A stretch of DNA of 64,000 nt from Thermoanaerobaculia bacterium (GCA_044226625.1 JBGAGQ010000006.1:64001-128000); one strand, 5' to 3'; shown: positions 45,911 to 56,270, numbered from the stretch's first letter. A program made the numbers and translations. Notes: a model not told the origin generated them from the letters alone.

Positions 45911-46130
45911 TTTTCCCGCAGGATCTGTGGAAAACTCTGTGGGAAACCGCCCTGTGACGAAGAGAAAACAGCGGTGTAAACGGCGTTTTCACCGGATTGA
46001 ACAGTTTGTTGTGCAATCCAGCTAACATCCAATGGAATCAATGGTTTGAAGGTTCTTCATTCCGCGGACGCACCGGTGTCGCGCGCGTTCCGCGGCATTT
46101 CGGAGCGGGGATCCAGCCAAAGTTTCCACA
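45911..46130. other. DnaA-box cluster with IHF site; candidate replication origin
   Basis: TGTGGAAAA 45926-45934 (matches TTWTNCACA), TGTGGGAAA 45938-45946, GTTTCCACA 46122-46130, IHF consensus AATCAAtggtTTG 46036-46048; AT-enriched and intergenic. Confidence 0.55.
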
Positions 46131-46303
46131 CTGGAACGCCGGCCGGTTGTCAAGGGCGGAATCTGGGCGGAATCGCTCGCTCGCGCTCGGTTCGGCAGGT
46201 CGATCGGACGATCTAAACCCCAGGCAGAATGCGTGCCGGGTGACCGCAACGCGAAGGAGAAAGCGGCGTGGCGGCCGGGGAACCGCCACGCCCAGGGGCG
46301 AGC

Positions 46304-49300
46304 TCAGGGCGCTCCGTCGAGCGGACGGCCGGGGACGTAGAAGACGTCACCGGTCGCGTTGATGTTCGCCAGGTAGGTGAGGACATGACCTCCTGCGAGG
46401 ACCTCCGTCTCGACGTGCCAGTTGGAGCCGTTCGCCAGCCCGGGGAAGACCCCGGCGAGGGTCCGCTCGAGATGCTGCCTCGGCTTGAGCGACATCGTGG
46501 TCTGGTGGAGCATCTGGCCCGCCGCGTCGACGAGGGTCAGCCGCACGTTGGTCGGCGCGTTGTTGAGGTTGATCACGCCGTAGCTCGACCGCGAGACCGG
46601 CAGCTGCTCGGCCCCGAAATCGACCGCATGCAGGCTCCCCTCGGAGGCCGGGCGCCGGGCGTCGACGAGCATGCCGAACCGTTGGGCCGGCGGACCGGGC
46701 GTGGTCGCGAAACCGAGTGCCAGGATCCGCGGGCCCGAGCCGAGGGGACCGGTCCAGAGGATGCGCAGGGCCCCCGTCGCCTCGTCCAGGTTGAACAGGT
46801 CTTTGGCGACGTCGTCGATCAGAAGCGCCGCTCGGGCCGGCAGCGAACGAACTACCGTTGGTGGGTTCGAGTTGTCCTGGCCGCGCAGCCAGAGCGACAG
46901 GGTGAGCTCGCGCGGCTGGTCGGTCGAGTTCCAGAGCACGAGCTTCGTCGTGAGCTGGGTGTTGAACTGCCCCTTGCCACGCACCACGCGGGGGATGAGC
47001 AGCTCGCCTTCCGAGGTGTCTGGGTCGAGCGAGCCCTCGGCCGGAGGGGGCGGCGCGGCAGGCAGGAAGATCTGGTCCTGGGAACCCGTCTCGAGCAGCG
47101 TCGCCGAGGCGGCAAAGCGGATTCCGGACGAGGTGAAGCGGGCGGTGAACGGTCCGGCTCGATCCTTCGCCGCGGGGAACAGGTTCGCGATCGGCTGCGA
47201 GCGCGTGGTCCGCGCGCCGAGCGAGAAGCTCGCGGGGGCGCCCACCGAGGCGCCGCTCGCGTCGAACAGCTCGACGTCGACGCGTCCTCCCGTCGCGTCG
47301 AGATTCGCGGCCAACAGACTGCTCAGGAAACCTCCTCCTTCGAGCACGCCGGCCACCACCCTGGGGGCGGCCGACCAGGTCGACTCGGGCTCCTCCGGCA
47401 CCAACTGACCGAAGCTTCCCCCCGCGACCTCGAGGAACGAGCGGGCGAAGGCGAAGGTATGCGCGGGAGCCGCCGCGGCGGAGAGGGGGCGCCGGATCTC
47501 GAGCGCGAGCGAGCCTTGGGTGCTGGTCTCGCCGAACAGCTCGCCGAGGACGTTGCTCAGGAACAGGGAGGTCCCGGCCGGGAGCGTCACCTCGCGCCGA
47601 TCGGGGTTCGGGTTGCCCGCCCCGCGCGGGAGGTAGACCAGGCCCACCCGGCTGTCGGACGGCCCGTCGTTGTGCAGCCAGAGATCGGACTTGAACACCC
47701 CGGAGGCGCCGCGCGGGCCGAAGATCACGCTCTGGAGGAACGAGTCCTCCCCGGGCAGCTCGACCGCCGGGCCACCCACCACCAGCTGGCCCGTGGCCTC
47801 CGCCGTCTGACCGACGTCGCCGAACGCCTTGATCTGAATCGTGTAGGTTCCCGGAACGTCGTAGAGGTGGTCGGCGCAGAAGCGGTTCGGAGCGCACGGC
47901 GCGACGGAGAAGGCGCGGGCGACGCCGCCGAGATTCCACTCGACGCGGACGACCGGGCCGGTGACGGTCGCCGCAAGATGCGCCACCGTACCGGTCGTGA
48001 CCGCCGGCGCCGGCACCCACGAAACGGTGATCGGTTGGGCGCTCGGCACCGTCACCGTCGTCCGGTTGCTCCGCCCGCTCTCCCCCCGGTTGTTGTAGGC
48101 GGCGACCTCGTAGTCGTACCGGTGTCCGGGCTGGAGCCCCGCGTCGACATGGGACACGGCGCCCGCGGGAAGCGAAACGAGCAGGGCGAGCGCGCCACCG
48201 TCCACCCCGCGATAGACCCGGAAGCCGATCTCGTTGCTGGAGCGATCCTGCCAAGCGAGGTTCGCGGCCAAGCCGGAGAGCGTCGCGGCGAGCCCCGCCG
48301 GGGCCTGGGGCGCGCCCCCACCGCCGCCCCCTCCTCCGGAAGGCGTGTAGAGGACCGCAAGGCCGGCTCGGTCGTCGTTCCCCAGCCGACCGCCGCGCCC
48401 GTCGTCGTGGATGAACGCCCGCATCACCGCGTTCATCTTGTCGGCGCTGTTGCAAGCCCCGCTGTCGGCATCTCCGCACGAGTGGCCGAGTCCCAGCGTA
48501 TGGCCGAGCTCATGGGTGAACAGTTCTTCGGCCGCCTGGCTCGGGCTGGCGCTGTTCTGGAAGAAGCAGCCGAGGTTCTGGTTGGTGAAGATGTCGGCTT
48601 CGAGCGCGCGCAGGTAGATCTCGTCGCGATAGGTCCCGCGGACGTCCTGATCGAGCCAGGGGCCACCGACGGCGAGCACCCCGCCGCGATCGCACTCGTA
48701 CGGATCGACGTCGGGGATCGAACGGTTGAAGAGGAGGGTGTTCGTGCCGTCCTGGCGGTCGATCGCGCCGCCGCCGGTGGTTCCCGCATAGCGGTAGTCG
48801 ACGTTGGTCGCACCGTCGCCGTTCCAGATCGCGAGGCCGCGCTGGAGCTCGGCCGCTCCCCCTCCCGCGAGCCCCGGCTGGCCGGCGCTCTCCCATCGCC
48901 ACGACACGCTCTGGCCCTGATCGAATTCGAACCAGCGCACCTTGAGGCCCTGATCCTCGAGGAAGGTGAAGTCCGCGGTCAGCTGGGACGGCTCGACGAA
49001 ATAGTCCGCCGCCCGCACCTTTCCCGCGGCGCGGTCGGCGAGCCAGCCGCTGAACCGCTCGAGGTCGCGCGGCTGCCGCCAGACCGCCGAGCTTTCGGTC
49101 CGGCCCGCCGCTTTCACCTCGGTGGCTCCCGAAAGATCGCGCAGCGCGAGAGCCCGGCCGCCGGCCGCGACCTCATGGAACGCGCCGAGCATCAGATGAC
49201 GGATGCGATAGGTCCCATCGTCCTGGGCGACCAGAAAAAGGAGAGCACGCTCCCCTTTTCGAAAGCCGGGAGCGCCGTAGACCTGGAAGAGCTTGCGGTT

Positions 49301-49570
49301 CTTGCTTCCACCGGGGATCCGAACCACGATCGAGCCGCCGGAAACGCTCCCCTGGACCAGCTGCTCGACCTCGGCCAGCACGTCGGTCGCGGGCATTCCC
49401 TCGACCGGGGCGGGGCTTACGTCCATCACTCGAACTCGCGCGATGACATCGGAACCTGCGGCGAGATCGCGGTCGCTCGCCATGACGAAGCTGGTGGCGA
49501 AAGCGGCGGGAGACAGGAGGGGTACCAGGGGAAGGAGGAGGCCGAAGAGGAGGGCGGGACGGCGACGCAT
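46304..49570 (-). CDS. Secreted metzincin (matrixin-like) metalloprotease with FN3, PKD-like and repeated beta-sandwich domains
   Basis: Signal peptide, HELGHTLGLGHS plus Met-turn AVM, Gly linker, WQDRSSNEIGF (FN3), YDVPGTYTI (PKD). Confidence 0.85.
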   Translation of the reverse strand: MRRRPALLFGLLLPLVPLLSPAAFATSFVMASDRDLAAGSDVIARVRVMDVSPAPVEGMPATDVLAEVEQLVQGSVSGGSIVVRIPGGSKNRKLFQVYGAPGFRKGERALLFLVAQDDGTYRIRHLMLGAFHEVAAGGRALALRDLSGATEVKAAGRTESSAVWRQPRDLERFSGWLADRAAGKVRAADYFVEPSQLTADFTFLEDQGLKVRWFEFDQGQSVSWRWESAGQPGLAGGGAAELQRGLAIWNGDGATNVDYRYAGTTGGGAIDRQDGTNTLLFNRSIPDVDPYECDRGGVLAVGGPWLDQDVRGTYRDEIYLRALEADIFTNQNLGCFFQNSASPSQAAEELFTHELGHTLGLGHSCGDADSGACNSADKMNAVMRAFIHDDGRGGRLGNDDRAGLAVLYTPSGGGGGGGGAPQAPAGLAATLSGLAANLAWQDRSSNEIGFRVYRGVDGGALALLVSLPAGAVSHVDAGLQPGHRYDYEVAAYNNRGESGRSNRTTVTVPSAQPITVSWVPAPAVTTGTVAHLAATVTGPVVRVEWNLGGVARAFSVAPCAPNRFCADHLYDVPGTYTIQIKAFGDVGQTAEATGQLVVGGPAVELPGEDSFLQSVIFGPRGASGVFKSDLWLHNDGPSDSRVGLVYLPRGAGNPNPDRREVTLPAGTSLFLSNVLGELFGETSTQGSLALEIRRPLSAAAAPAHTFAFARSFLEVAGGSFGQLVPEEPESTWSAAPRVVAGVLEGGGFLSSLLAANLDATGGRVDVELFDASGASVGAPASFSLGARTTRSQPIANLFPAAKDRAGPFTARFTSSGIRFAASATLLETGSQDQIFLPAAPPPPAEGSLDPDTSEGELLIPRVVRGKGQFNTQLTTKLVLWNSTDQPRELTLSLWLRGQDNSNPPTVVRSLPARAALLIDDVAKDLFNLDEATGALRILWTGPLGSGPRILALGFATTPGPPAQRFGMLVDARRPASEGSLHAVDFGAEQLPVSRSSYGVINLNNAPTNVRLTLVDAAGQMLHQTTMSLKPRQHLERTLAGVFPGLANGSNWHVETEVLAGGHVLTYLANINATGDVFYVPGRPLDGAP

Positions 49571-49833
49571 GGGCGGGCTCCTTGTTGCGATCCGGCGAGG
49601 ACGCTACGAATTTCCGAGTATAGGGGACCGGTCCGAGAGACCCCGGCTTCCGCCCCTGCTTTCAAGCCCTCCGCTCGACTCCAACGAAACCAACGTTCAT
49701 CCAGAAACCCCGACTCCGTCGATTTCCTTCCCATCCCATTCGAGTCGATCCCAAACCGGGTGTCGTTCATCCCAAATCGAGCGGCCCCCCGGCGCATTGT
49801 CGACCGCGCCGGGGGGACGGGATCTCGGAGGGA

Positions 49834-50205
49834 CTACGGACGACCAGCCGCGGCGGGCGGCGTCTCCACCTTTTTCTTTCGCACCGGCGGGCGCCGCGGA
49901 CGGAAGCCGAACTTGAGCAGCATCTCGCTGGTGAACCCGTAGTTGAACTGAAGACCGGCTCCCAGCCGGCCGCGGATCTTGTCGCCTCGTTTTACGAGAT
50001 CGGAGAGCTGAGCGTTGTTGCTCTGTACCGCGGCCCGCAGCTCGTCCTGCTTGTAGCTAAGATCGCGGGCCTCGATCAGCACCCCCTTCAACTCGGCGAG
50101 CGTCGCGGCCAGGTGCGGAACGTCACCGACCGCCGGCTCGAGGTTGTTGACCAAAGTGTCCCAGCGGGCGACCCGCTCGGCGTTGGATTTTCCTGTTGCG
50201 GCCAT
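49834..50205 (-). CDS. Hypothetical alpha-helical protein with basic tail
   Basis: 123 aa; RBS AAAGGAG; ends LLKFGFRPRRPPVRKKK. Confidence 0.8.
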   Translation of the reverse strand: MAATGKSNAERVARWDTLVNNLEPAVGDVPHLAATLAELKGVLIEARDLSYKQDELRAAVQSNNAQLSDLVKRGDKIRGRLGAGLQFNYGFTSEMLLKFGFRPRRPPVRKKKVETPPAAAGRP

Positions 50206-50308
50206 GATGCTTCTCCTTTCGAAACGTGGGTACTGCCTGGGTTGGAACGACGTGGGGCGACCAATGCGACCGAACGGCCGCCGAACGGAAGTGGGCGGTG
50301 GCGAAGCG

Positions 50309-50538
50309 TCCCTCCCCTCGCTTGGGGGGGGAGGTTAGGAGGGGGGCGAACGCATGGCGGTAGAGGTGAAATCGGAGCGGTTGGCCGGAGGAGAGCGCCC
50401 CCCCCTCGGTCCTCCCCCGCGAGCGGGGGAGGAGGCCCCTTCGGAGGGTCACCCCTTCGTCCAGTGCGCTCGGTCTTCCTCGAACCCTCAGCAAAGGGTC
50501 CCTCCCCCCGCGTGCGGGGGGAAGTTAGGAGGGGGGCG
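50309..50538. repeat. Three REP-like palindromic units in alternating orientation (BIME-like)
   Basis: CCTCCCC..GC..GGGGG.AG..AGG.GGGGGCG units at about 50309-50348, 50396-50433 (inverted) and 50499-50538. Confidence 0.75.
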
Positions 50539-50543
50539 ACCGT

Positions 50544-50690
50544 CGTTTGGAGGAGCTCGGAAGCCCGTTGGGCGAGATCGAACGTCGGTCGGGCGAGATC
50601 TGCGGTCGTTTGGGGGAGCCGGACCGCCCGTTCGGCGAGACCGGTCACCCGTTGAGCGAGATCGAACGTCCTTTGGGCGAGATAGAAACG
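50544..50690. repeat. Degenerate 21-nt tandem repeat, 7 units
   Basis: GCGAGA-like core at 50551, 50572, 50593, 50614, 50635, 50656, 50677. Confidence 0.8.
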
Positions 50691-50852
50691 GGATCGACAG
50701 GGATCAGCCGACGGTTGGGTTCCATTCGTCGTCCGATACGGCCCAAACGAGCGCGCGCCGAGGCGATCCGACGATCTCGACTCCAAACGGAGGGAGGCGC
50801 GCCGCATGCCGTCGGCGCCGTACCCCCGTCTTTCACAGGCTGTCTGTCAGCT

Positions 50853-51045
50853 CGGTGGCGGCACCATAACGCAGGGGTGTCCGAGAAAACGATAGTTTTT
50901 CCGCGGTCTCGTTTTTTTCTTTGAAGGGGAGGTCGTGCGCGGCTGTTCGCTCGCCTTGTTCGGAGGCGAAAGACGGGTGAGAAAAAGTCGTGCGCCGAAA
51001 ACTATCGTTTTCTCGGGCACCTATGCGTTAAGGTGCCCGCCACCG
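50853..51045. repeat. MITE-like element bounded by about 48-bp imperfect inverted repeats
   Basis: Arms 50853-50899 and 50998-51045 share CCGAGAAAACGATAGTTTT; no ORF inside. Confidence 0.65.
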
Positions 51046-51123
51046 CGAAAGCGCCTCGGAAGCCAGGCCGCCCCACCCCTTGAACCGCACCAAGAGCCGC
51101 CCGCCCCTCGCTGAAATGGCGTC

Positions 51124-51903
51124 TCAACCCGCTGGCGTCACCCGATACGTCCGAGTGGTCTCGCCGGACTGGCCTAGACCGGCGCCGCTCGAGACTTCGA
51201 CAGAGGAACTGACGTAGAGACGGCCGCCGGGGCTGCGCGAGAAGGTCTTCGTCTCGCGAAGGCTCACCTCGAAGGTGATGAGGAATTTGCTGAACTTGAG
51301 CTTGGCGTTCCGCTCGGTCGCGATCGGCAGACCGGCCGGGTCGAGCCAGATCTTGAGCACCTCGTCGCGGCTCTTGAGGCTTTTGCGCTCCCGGGAGTTC
51401 AGTCCGTCGCGAGGCTCGAGGTAGAGGACGCGCGTCGGTCGGCCGTTCCTGGGCTCGGTCTTGTCGGCGGAGAGCTTCGCTCCCTCGATCTCCAGCCGCA
51501 GCACTTCGGCGGGATCGAGCAGCTCGGTCGCCTTCTTCGCGTCCAAGAGACCGAGCCCGCCGTCTTTCCGCTCCGGGGTGTCCGGCGCCGCGGCGCGCCG
51601 CCATTCGGCCTGGCGGTCGGCGCGGATCTGCGGAGTCGGCCAGGTGAGGCGAAGCCCCGCGGCATCGTGCTCCGCGAGAGCGCTTCCTTCCTCCGTCGTG
51701 CGCTGATCATCACCGTCGTCGCTGCTCTTGCGAACGCTCGTGACGCCGATCTGCGCCCGAATCGCCGGTCCGTTCTCCGCTTTGCGAAGATTGGCCCGAA
51801 GATCGCCGAGGGGATCCGCGGCGAGGGGCGGGGCGGCGCCCAGAGAAACCATAAGGGCAAACGCGAAGGGAAAGAGGACGGTGGAAAATTTCGGTCGGTC
51901 CAT
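51124..51903 (-). CDS. Secreted hypothetical protein (beta-rich)
   Basis: Signal peptide MDRPKF...LAA; RBS GGAG. Confidence 0.75.
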   Translation of the reverse strand: MDRPKFSTVLFPFAFALMVSLGAAPPLAADPLGDLRANLRKAENGPAIRAQIGVTSVRKSSDDGDDQRTTEEGSALAEHDAAGLRLTWPTPQIRADRQAEWRRAAAPDTPERKDGGLGLLDAKKATELLDPAEVLRLEIEGAKLSADKTEPRNGRPTRVLYLEPRDGLNSRERKSLKSRDEVLKIWLDPAGLPIATERNAKLKFSKFLITFEVSLRETKTFSRSPGGRLYVSSSVEVSSGAGLGQSGETTRTYRVTPAG

Positions 51904-52131
51904 TCGATCTCCGTCGTGAGGGGAGCGCTTTCGGCCCCGGAGCTGGCTGCAAGATTCTCTCCCGCTCGCGTCCCCAGGAAAACACCGCCTCGCGCTAGAT
52001 ATGCCGTCCGTCCCGGAAGACGTTCGCGTCCTCTCCCGCATTCAGAGTCGCGCCACGGCCCGTCATCCAATCCCCTCGGCTTCGCGTACTGTGAGGGAGC
52101 GGCCAAGCCGCTCTCGAGAGGAAAACCGCCG

Positions 52132-52941
52132 ATGATTCGACCCCGCCTTTGGATCCTCCTGCTGCTCACCGCGGCGCCCGCCCTGGGCCACGATTTTTGG
52201 ATCGAGCCGACGGCGCTCTCCCCAGCGCCGGGCTCGCAGCTCGGCGTCCGCCTTCGCGTAGGGGAGAACTTCGCGGGCGACCCGGTGCCGCGCGACCCCG
52301 AGCGGATCGAACGATTCGCGATCCGCGGCCCGAACGGAGAGAAGCCCGTGCCGGGGATCCCCGGCGGCGAGCCGGCGGGGTTTGCCGCGGTCGGTCCGGC
52401 CGGGATTTACCAGATCGTCTATGACAGCAACCGTGCGTCGGTCTCGCTCGAACCACAGAAGTTCGAGGAGTACCTCCGCCTGGAAGGGCTCGAACGGATC
52501 CTCGACGTGAGGAAAAAGCGTGGTTTGGCGGACAAGCCGAGCCGCGAGGTCTATTCGCGGTGCGTCAAAGCGCTGCTCGCAGTCGGCGGCACGGCGGGGA
52601 GCGGTTTCGACCAACCCGTCGGTCTGGAGCTGGAGCTGGTCCCGGAGAAGAACCCGTTCGAGATCGAGCCGGGGGGCGAGCTGCCGGTCCGGCTGCTCTA
52701 CCGGGGTAAGCCGCTCGAAGGGGCCCTGGTGGTGGCGCTCCCCCATTCGCAGCCTCAGGCCGGAGAGATCAGGGCGCGCACGGACGCTCAAGGGAGGGTT
52801 CGGCTCAAACTGCCCGCCGGGGCGTCCGGACCGGAGATCTGGCTGATCAAGGCGGTCCACATGATCGAGGCGCCGAAGGACGTCAAGGACGCCGACTGGG
52901 AGAGCTTCTGGGCCTCCCTGGTCTTCCGCGCGGGACGATAG
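52132..52941 (+). CDS. DUF4198 domain protein (NikM-like, periplasmic)
   Basis: HDFWIEP after the signal peptide, [21 protein letters not shown]. Confidence 0.85.
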   Translation: MIRPRLWILLLLTAAPALGHDFWIEPTALSPAPGSQLGVRLRVGENFAGDPVPRDPERIERFAIRGPNGEKPVPGIPGGEPAGFAAVGPAGIYQIVYDSNRASVSLEPQKFEEYLRLEGLERILDVRKKRGLADKPSREVYSRCVKALLAVGGTAGSGFDQPVGLELELVPEKNPFEIEPGGELPVRLLYRGKPLEGALVVALPHSQPQAGEIRARTDAQGRVRLKLPAGASGPEIWLIKAVHMIEAPKDVKDADWESFWASLVFRAGR

Positions 52942-52984
52942 CTCCGAGCGGCCCGGGGGGCGCGTTGGTATATTTCGCACTCCC

Positions 52985-54010
52985 GTGACCGACCTCCTCA
53001 AAGCCATCCGATCCCGCGCGGCGAAAGCCCAGACGTCGATCGTCCTGCCGGAAGGGGACGACCCGCGGGTGGTCGCCGCCGCCGTCCGTGCGCGAGAGAT
53101 CGGCCTCTGCCGGCCGCTGCTGGTCGTCCCTCCTGGAACGATCCTCGATCCGGCGGCGATCGATCTCGAGCGGCTCGATCCGGTCGCCGATCCGGAGCTT
53201 CCGCGGCTCGAGGCGCTGCTCGTCGAGCGACTGGCCGGCCGGGGGCTGACCGCGGGCGCCGCGCCGGAGGCGGCGAAGCGAGTCCGTGACCCTCTCTACT
53301 ACGCCGACCTGTTGGTCCTGAGCGGCCGCGCGGACGGCGCGGTGATGGGCGCCAAGGCGACGACGGCCGACTCGATGCGCGCGGCGCTGCGCACGATCGG
53401 CCCGCGGGAGGGCTTGAAGACCGTCTCGTCCTGCTTCCTCATGGCATTTCCCGACGGCCGATCGCTCATCTACAGCGATTGCGGCGTGGTCCCCGATCCT
53501 GATCCCGAACAGCTCGCCGACATCGCGGAAGCTGCCGCGGAGAGCTGCCGCGCGCTGCTCGGAGAAGAGCCACGAGTGGCGCTGTTGTCGTTTTCGACCC
53601 GCGGCAGCGCGGGCCATCCCAAGGTCGACAAGGTCCGACGGGCGCTCGACCTGCTGCGCGGGCGCGCCGTAGGGTTCGCGGTCGACGGCGAGCTCCAGGC
53701 CGATGCCGCGCTGGTCCCCGAGGTCGCGCTGCGAAAAGCTCCGGAGAGCGCGGTCGCCGGCCGGGCGAACGTGCTGATCTTTCCCGACCTAGACGCCGGC
53801 AACATCGCCTACAAACTGACCGAGCGCCTCGCCGGTGCGCGGGCCGTGGGGCCGTTGCTCCAGGGGCTCGCCCGGCCGGTCAACGACCTGTCGCGCGGCT
53901 GCTCGGTCGAGGACGTCGTCGACGCAATGGCGGTCACCGCCCTCCAGGCGGCAGCCTCGGACTTGCCGGCCTCGGCGGACGCGGCAGGCAAAGGAGCAGC
54001 GAACGGATGA
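52985..54010 (+). CDS. pta: Phosphate acetyltransferase
   Basis: [44 protein letters not shown]. Confidence 0.93.
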   Translation: MTDLLKAIRSRAAKAQTSIVLPEGDDPRVVAAAVRAREIGLCRPLLVVPPGTILDPAAIDLERLDPVADPELPRLEALLVERLAGRGLTAGAAPEAAKRVRDPLYYADLLVLSGRADGAVMGAKATTADSMRAALRTIGPREGLKTVSSCFLMAFPDGRSLIYSDCGVVPDPDPEQLADIAEAAAESCRALLGEEPRVALLSFSTRGSAGHPKVDKVRRALDLLRGRAVGFAVDGELQADAALVPEVALRKAPESAVAGRANVLIFPDLDAGNIAYKLTERLAGARAVGPLLQGLARPVNDLSRGCSVEDVVDAMAVTALQAAASDLPASADAAGKGAANG

Positions 54011-55308
54011 GAGTCCTCGTCGTCGGCGGCGGCGGCCGCGAGCACGCGCTCTGCTGGAAGCTCCGGCAGAGCTTGAAACTCTCGCGGCTCTATTGCGCGC
54101 CGGGCAATCCGGGCATCGCCGAGGTCGCCGAGCGGGTGCCGATCGGGGCGGAGGAGATTGACCGCCTCGCCGATTTCGCGGTGGAGCGGAGGATCGACCT
54201 CACGGTCGTCGGTCCCGAAGCGCCGCTCGCGCTCGGGCTCGCCGACGAGCTCACCGCGCGCGGCCTCGCGGTCTTCGGACCGAACCGGCTCGCCGCGGAG
54301 CTCGAGGGCTCGAAGGTGTTCGCCAAACAGTTCATGGAGCGGCACGGCATCCCCACCGCGCGGTTCGCCCTGGCCGACGACGCAGACGCGGCCCGCGCGG
54401 CACAGGCGAGCTTCGGCTTCCCGGTGGTGATCAAGGCCGACGGCCTCGCCGCGGGCAAAGGGGTCTTCCTCCCCAACGACGCCGCGGAGCTCGAGGAGGC
54501 CCTCGCCGCGATCTTCGGCGAGCGGCGGTTCGGCGACGCCGGCTCCCGCGTCGTGATCGAGGAGCATCTGCCGGGCGAAGAGGTCTCGTTCATGGCGCTT
54601 TCGGACGGCGAGCGCGTGCTTCCGCTCGCCACCGCCAAAGACTACAAGCGGATCGGCGACGACGACACCGGCCCGAACACCGGCGGGATGGGCAGCCACA
54701 GCCCTTCGGGGCTGCTCACGGCCGAGGCGGCGGCCGAGGTGGTCGAGACCATCCTGAAGCCGACGATCGCCGGCATGGCCGCCGAGGGCCGACGTTTCGT
54801 CGGGGTCCTCTACGCCGGCCTGATGCTCACCGCCGACGGGCCCAAGGTGCTCGAGTTCAACGCCCGCTTCGGCGACCCGGAGGCCCAGGTGCTCTTGATG
54901 CGCCTCGAGAACGACCTGCTCGACGTGCTCGCGGCGGGGGCGGACGGCCGGTTCGAGCTCGAACGCCTCTCCTTCCGTCCGCAAACCGCCGCCGCGATCG
55001 TGCTCGCGAGCCCCGGCTATCCGGATCGGCCGCGGACCGGCGACGCGATCCGCGGCCTCGACCAAGCGGGGCAGGAGCCCGGCGTCCAGATCTTTCATGC
55101 CGGCACGGCGTGGAGGGATTCGGACGAGGGCGGGGCGCTGGTGAGCGCCGGAGGGCGCGTGCTGAACGTCTGCGCGATCGGCACCGATCTCGGCGAGGCG
55201 CTCGGCCGGGCCTATGCTGCGGTCGAGGCGATCGACTGGCCCGGAAAAGCGTTCCGGCGCGACATCGGGCGGAGGGTCGCCTCGGGATCTCGCTTCGAGC
55301 GGTCGTGA
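54007..55308 (+). CDS. purD: Phosphoribosylamine--glycine ligase
   Basis: [38 protein letters not shown]. Confidence 0.97.
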   Translation: MRVLVVGGGGREHALCWKLRQSLKLSRLYCAPGNPGIAEVAERVPIGAEEIDRLADFAVERRIDLTVVGPEAPLALGLADELTARGLAVFGPNRLAAELEGSKVFAKQFMERHGIPTARFALADDADAARAAQASFGFPVVIKADGLAAGKGVFLPNDAAELEEALAAIFGERRFGDAGSRVVIEEHLPGEEVSFMALSDGERVLPLATAKDYKRIGDDDTGPNTGGMGSHSPSGLLTAEAAAEVVETILKPTIAGMAAEGRRFVGVLYAGLMLTADGPKVLEFNARFGDPEAQVLLMRLENDLLDVLAAGADGRFELERLSFRPQTAAAIVLASPGYPDRPRTGDAIRGLDQAGQEPGVQIFHAGTAWRDSDEGGALVSAGGRVLNVCAIGTDLGEALGRAYAAVEAIDWPGKAFRRDIGRRVASGSRFERS

Positions 55309-55523
55309 TAGCGTCTTAGCGTCGCCTTCCCGATCGGCCGTAGAAATCCCGTGGGGAGGCGCCGCGCGCCACGAAACGTCCCGCGAATGAGGTCAAATTG
55401 GCAGCGTCGATCGGAGGAGGGACGGCATCCCCTTCGATCGCCGGCAGGGATCGGCTGGTATCCATCCTGCAGGACTCGCCCGGCGATGACGCCGCGCGCG
55501 AGAGCTTCGAAGGCGGACCCACG

Positions 55524-56270
55524 ATGAGCGGTTGTGGTGGTTGCTCGTTCAAGGGCATGTCCACGGCGGTGGAGGACGCGTTCGTCGGCGTCCGCTTCCG
55601 CGACGAAACGAACCTCACGCTGTGCAGCACCGGCGGACGGATTTTCGCCCGAGGCGAGCGGGTCGTGGTCGACCTCGAATCCGGTCCGGCCTTCGGCCAT
55701 GTCGAGCAGTCGCCGATGCCGGTGTTCAAGCCGTGCCAGAAATCTTCCGCGCGGCCGATCCTACGCCCGGCCGATCAGGACGACTTCGCCTCCTTCGACC
55801 GGCAGGTGGCGAGCCAGACCGAGGCGAAGCACTTCGCCCAGGAGCGGTCCCGGGCGCTCAAGCTCGATCTCAAGATCTCCCGCGTCGACTTCGCGCTCTC
55901 GGGCAAGAAGGCGACTTTCTATTTCACCTCGGAAGGACGGATCGATTTCCGCCAGCTGGTTCGCGATCTGGCTTCGCGCTTCTCGATCAAGGTCAAGATG
56001 GTGCAGGTCGGAGCGCGCGACGAGGCCGCGCTGCTCGGCGGGATCGGCGTCTGCGGCCGGACCCTCTGCTGCTCCACCTGGCTCAAGGACTTCCGTCCAA
56101 TCTCGATTCAAATGGCCAAGCGCCAGAACCTGTCGCTCAACCCGTCGAAGATCTCCGGCCAATGTGGACGTCTCCTCTGCTGTCTCGCGTACGAGGACGA
56201 CCAGTACAAGACGCAGAATCCGGACCGACGTTCTCCGCCGATCCCGAGCTACGACGACACCGCCGCCTGA
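55524..56270 (+). CDS. PSP1 C-terminal domain protein (RicT/YaaT family)
   Basis: RIDFRQLV, GARDEA, GGIGVCGRTLCC, KISGQCGRLLCCL. Confidence 0.9.
   Translation: MSGCGGCSFKGMSTAVEDAFVGVRFRDETNLTLCSTGGRIFARGERVVVDLESGPAFGHVEQSPMPVFKPCQKSSARPILRPADQDDFASFDRQVASQTEAKHFAQERSRALKLDLKISRVDFALSGKKATFYFTSEGRIDFRQLVRDLASRFSIKVKMVQVGARDEAALLGGIGVCGRTLCCSTWLKDFRPISIQMAKRQNLSLNPSKISGQCGRLLCCLAYEDDQYKTQNPDRRSPPIPSYDDTAA

Noticed and set aside
50544-50690. CRISPR array
   Set aside because: Contiguous degenerate 21-mers with no unique spacers and no cas genes.
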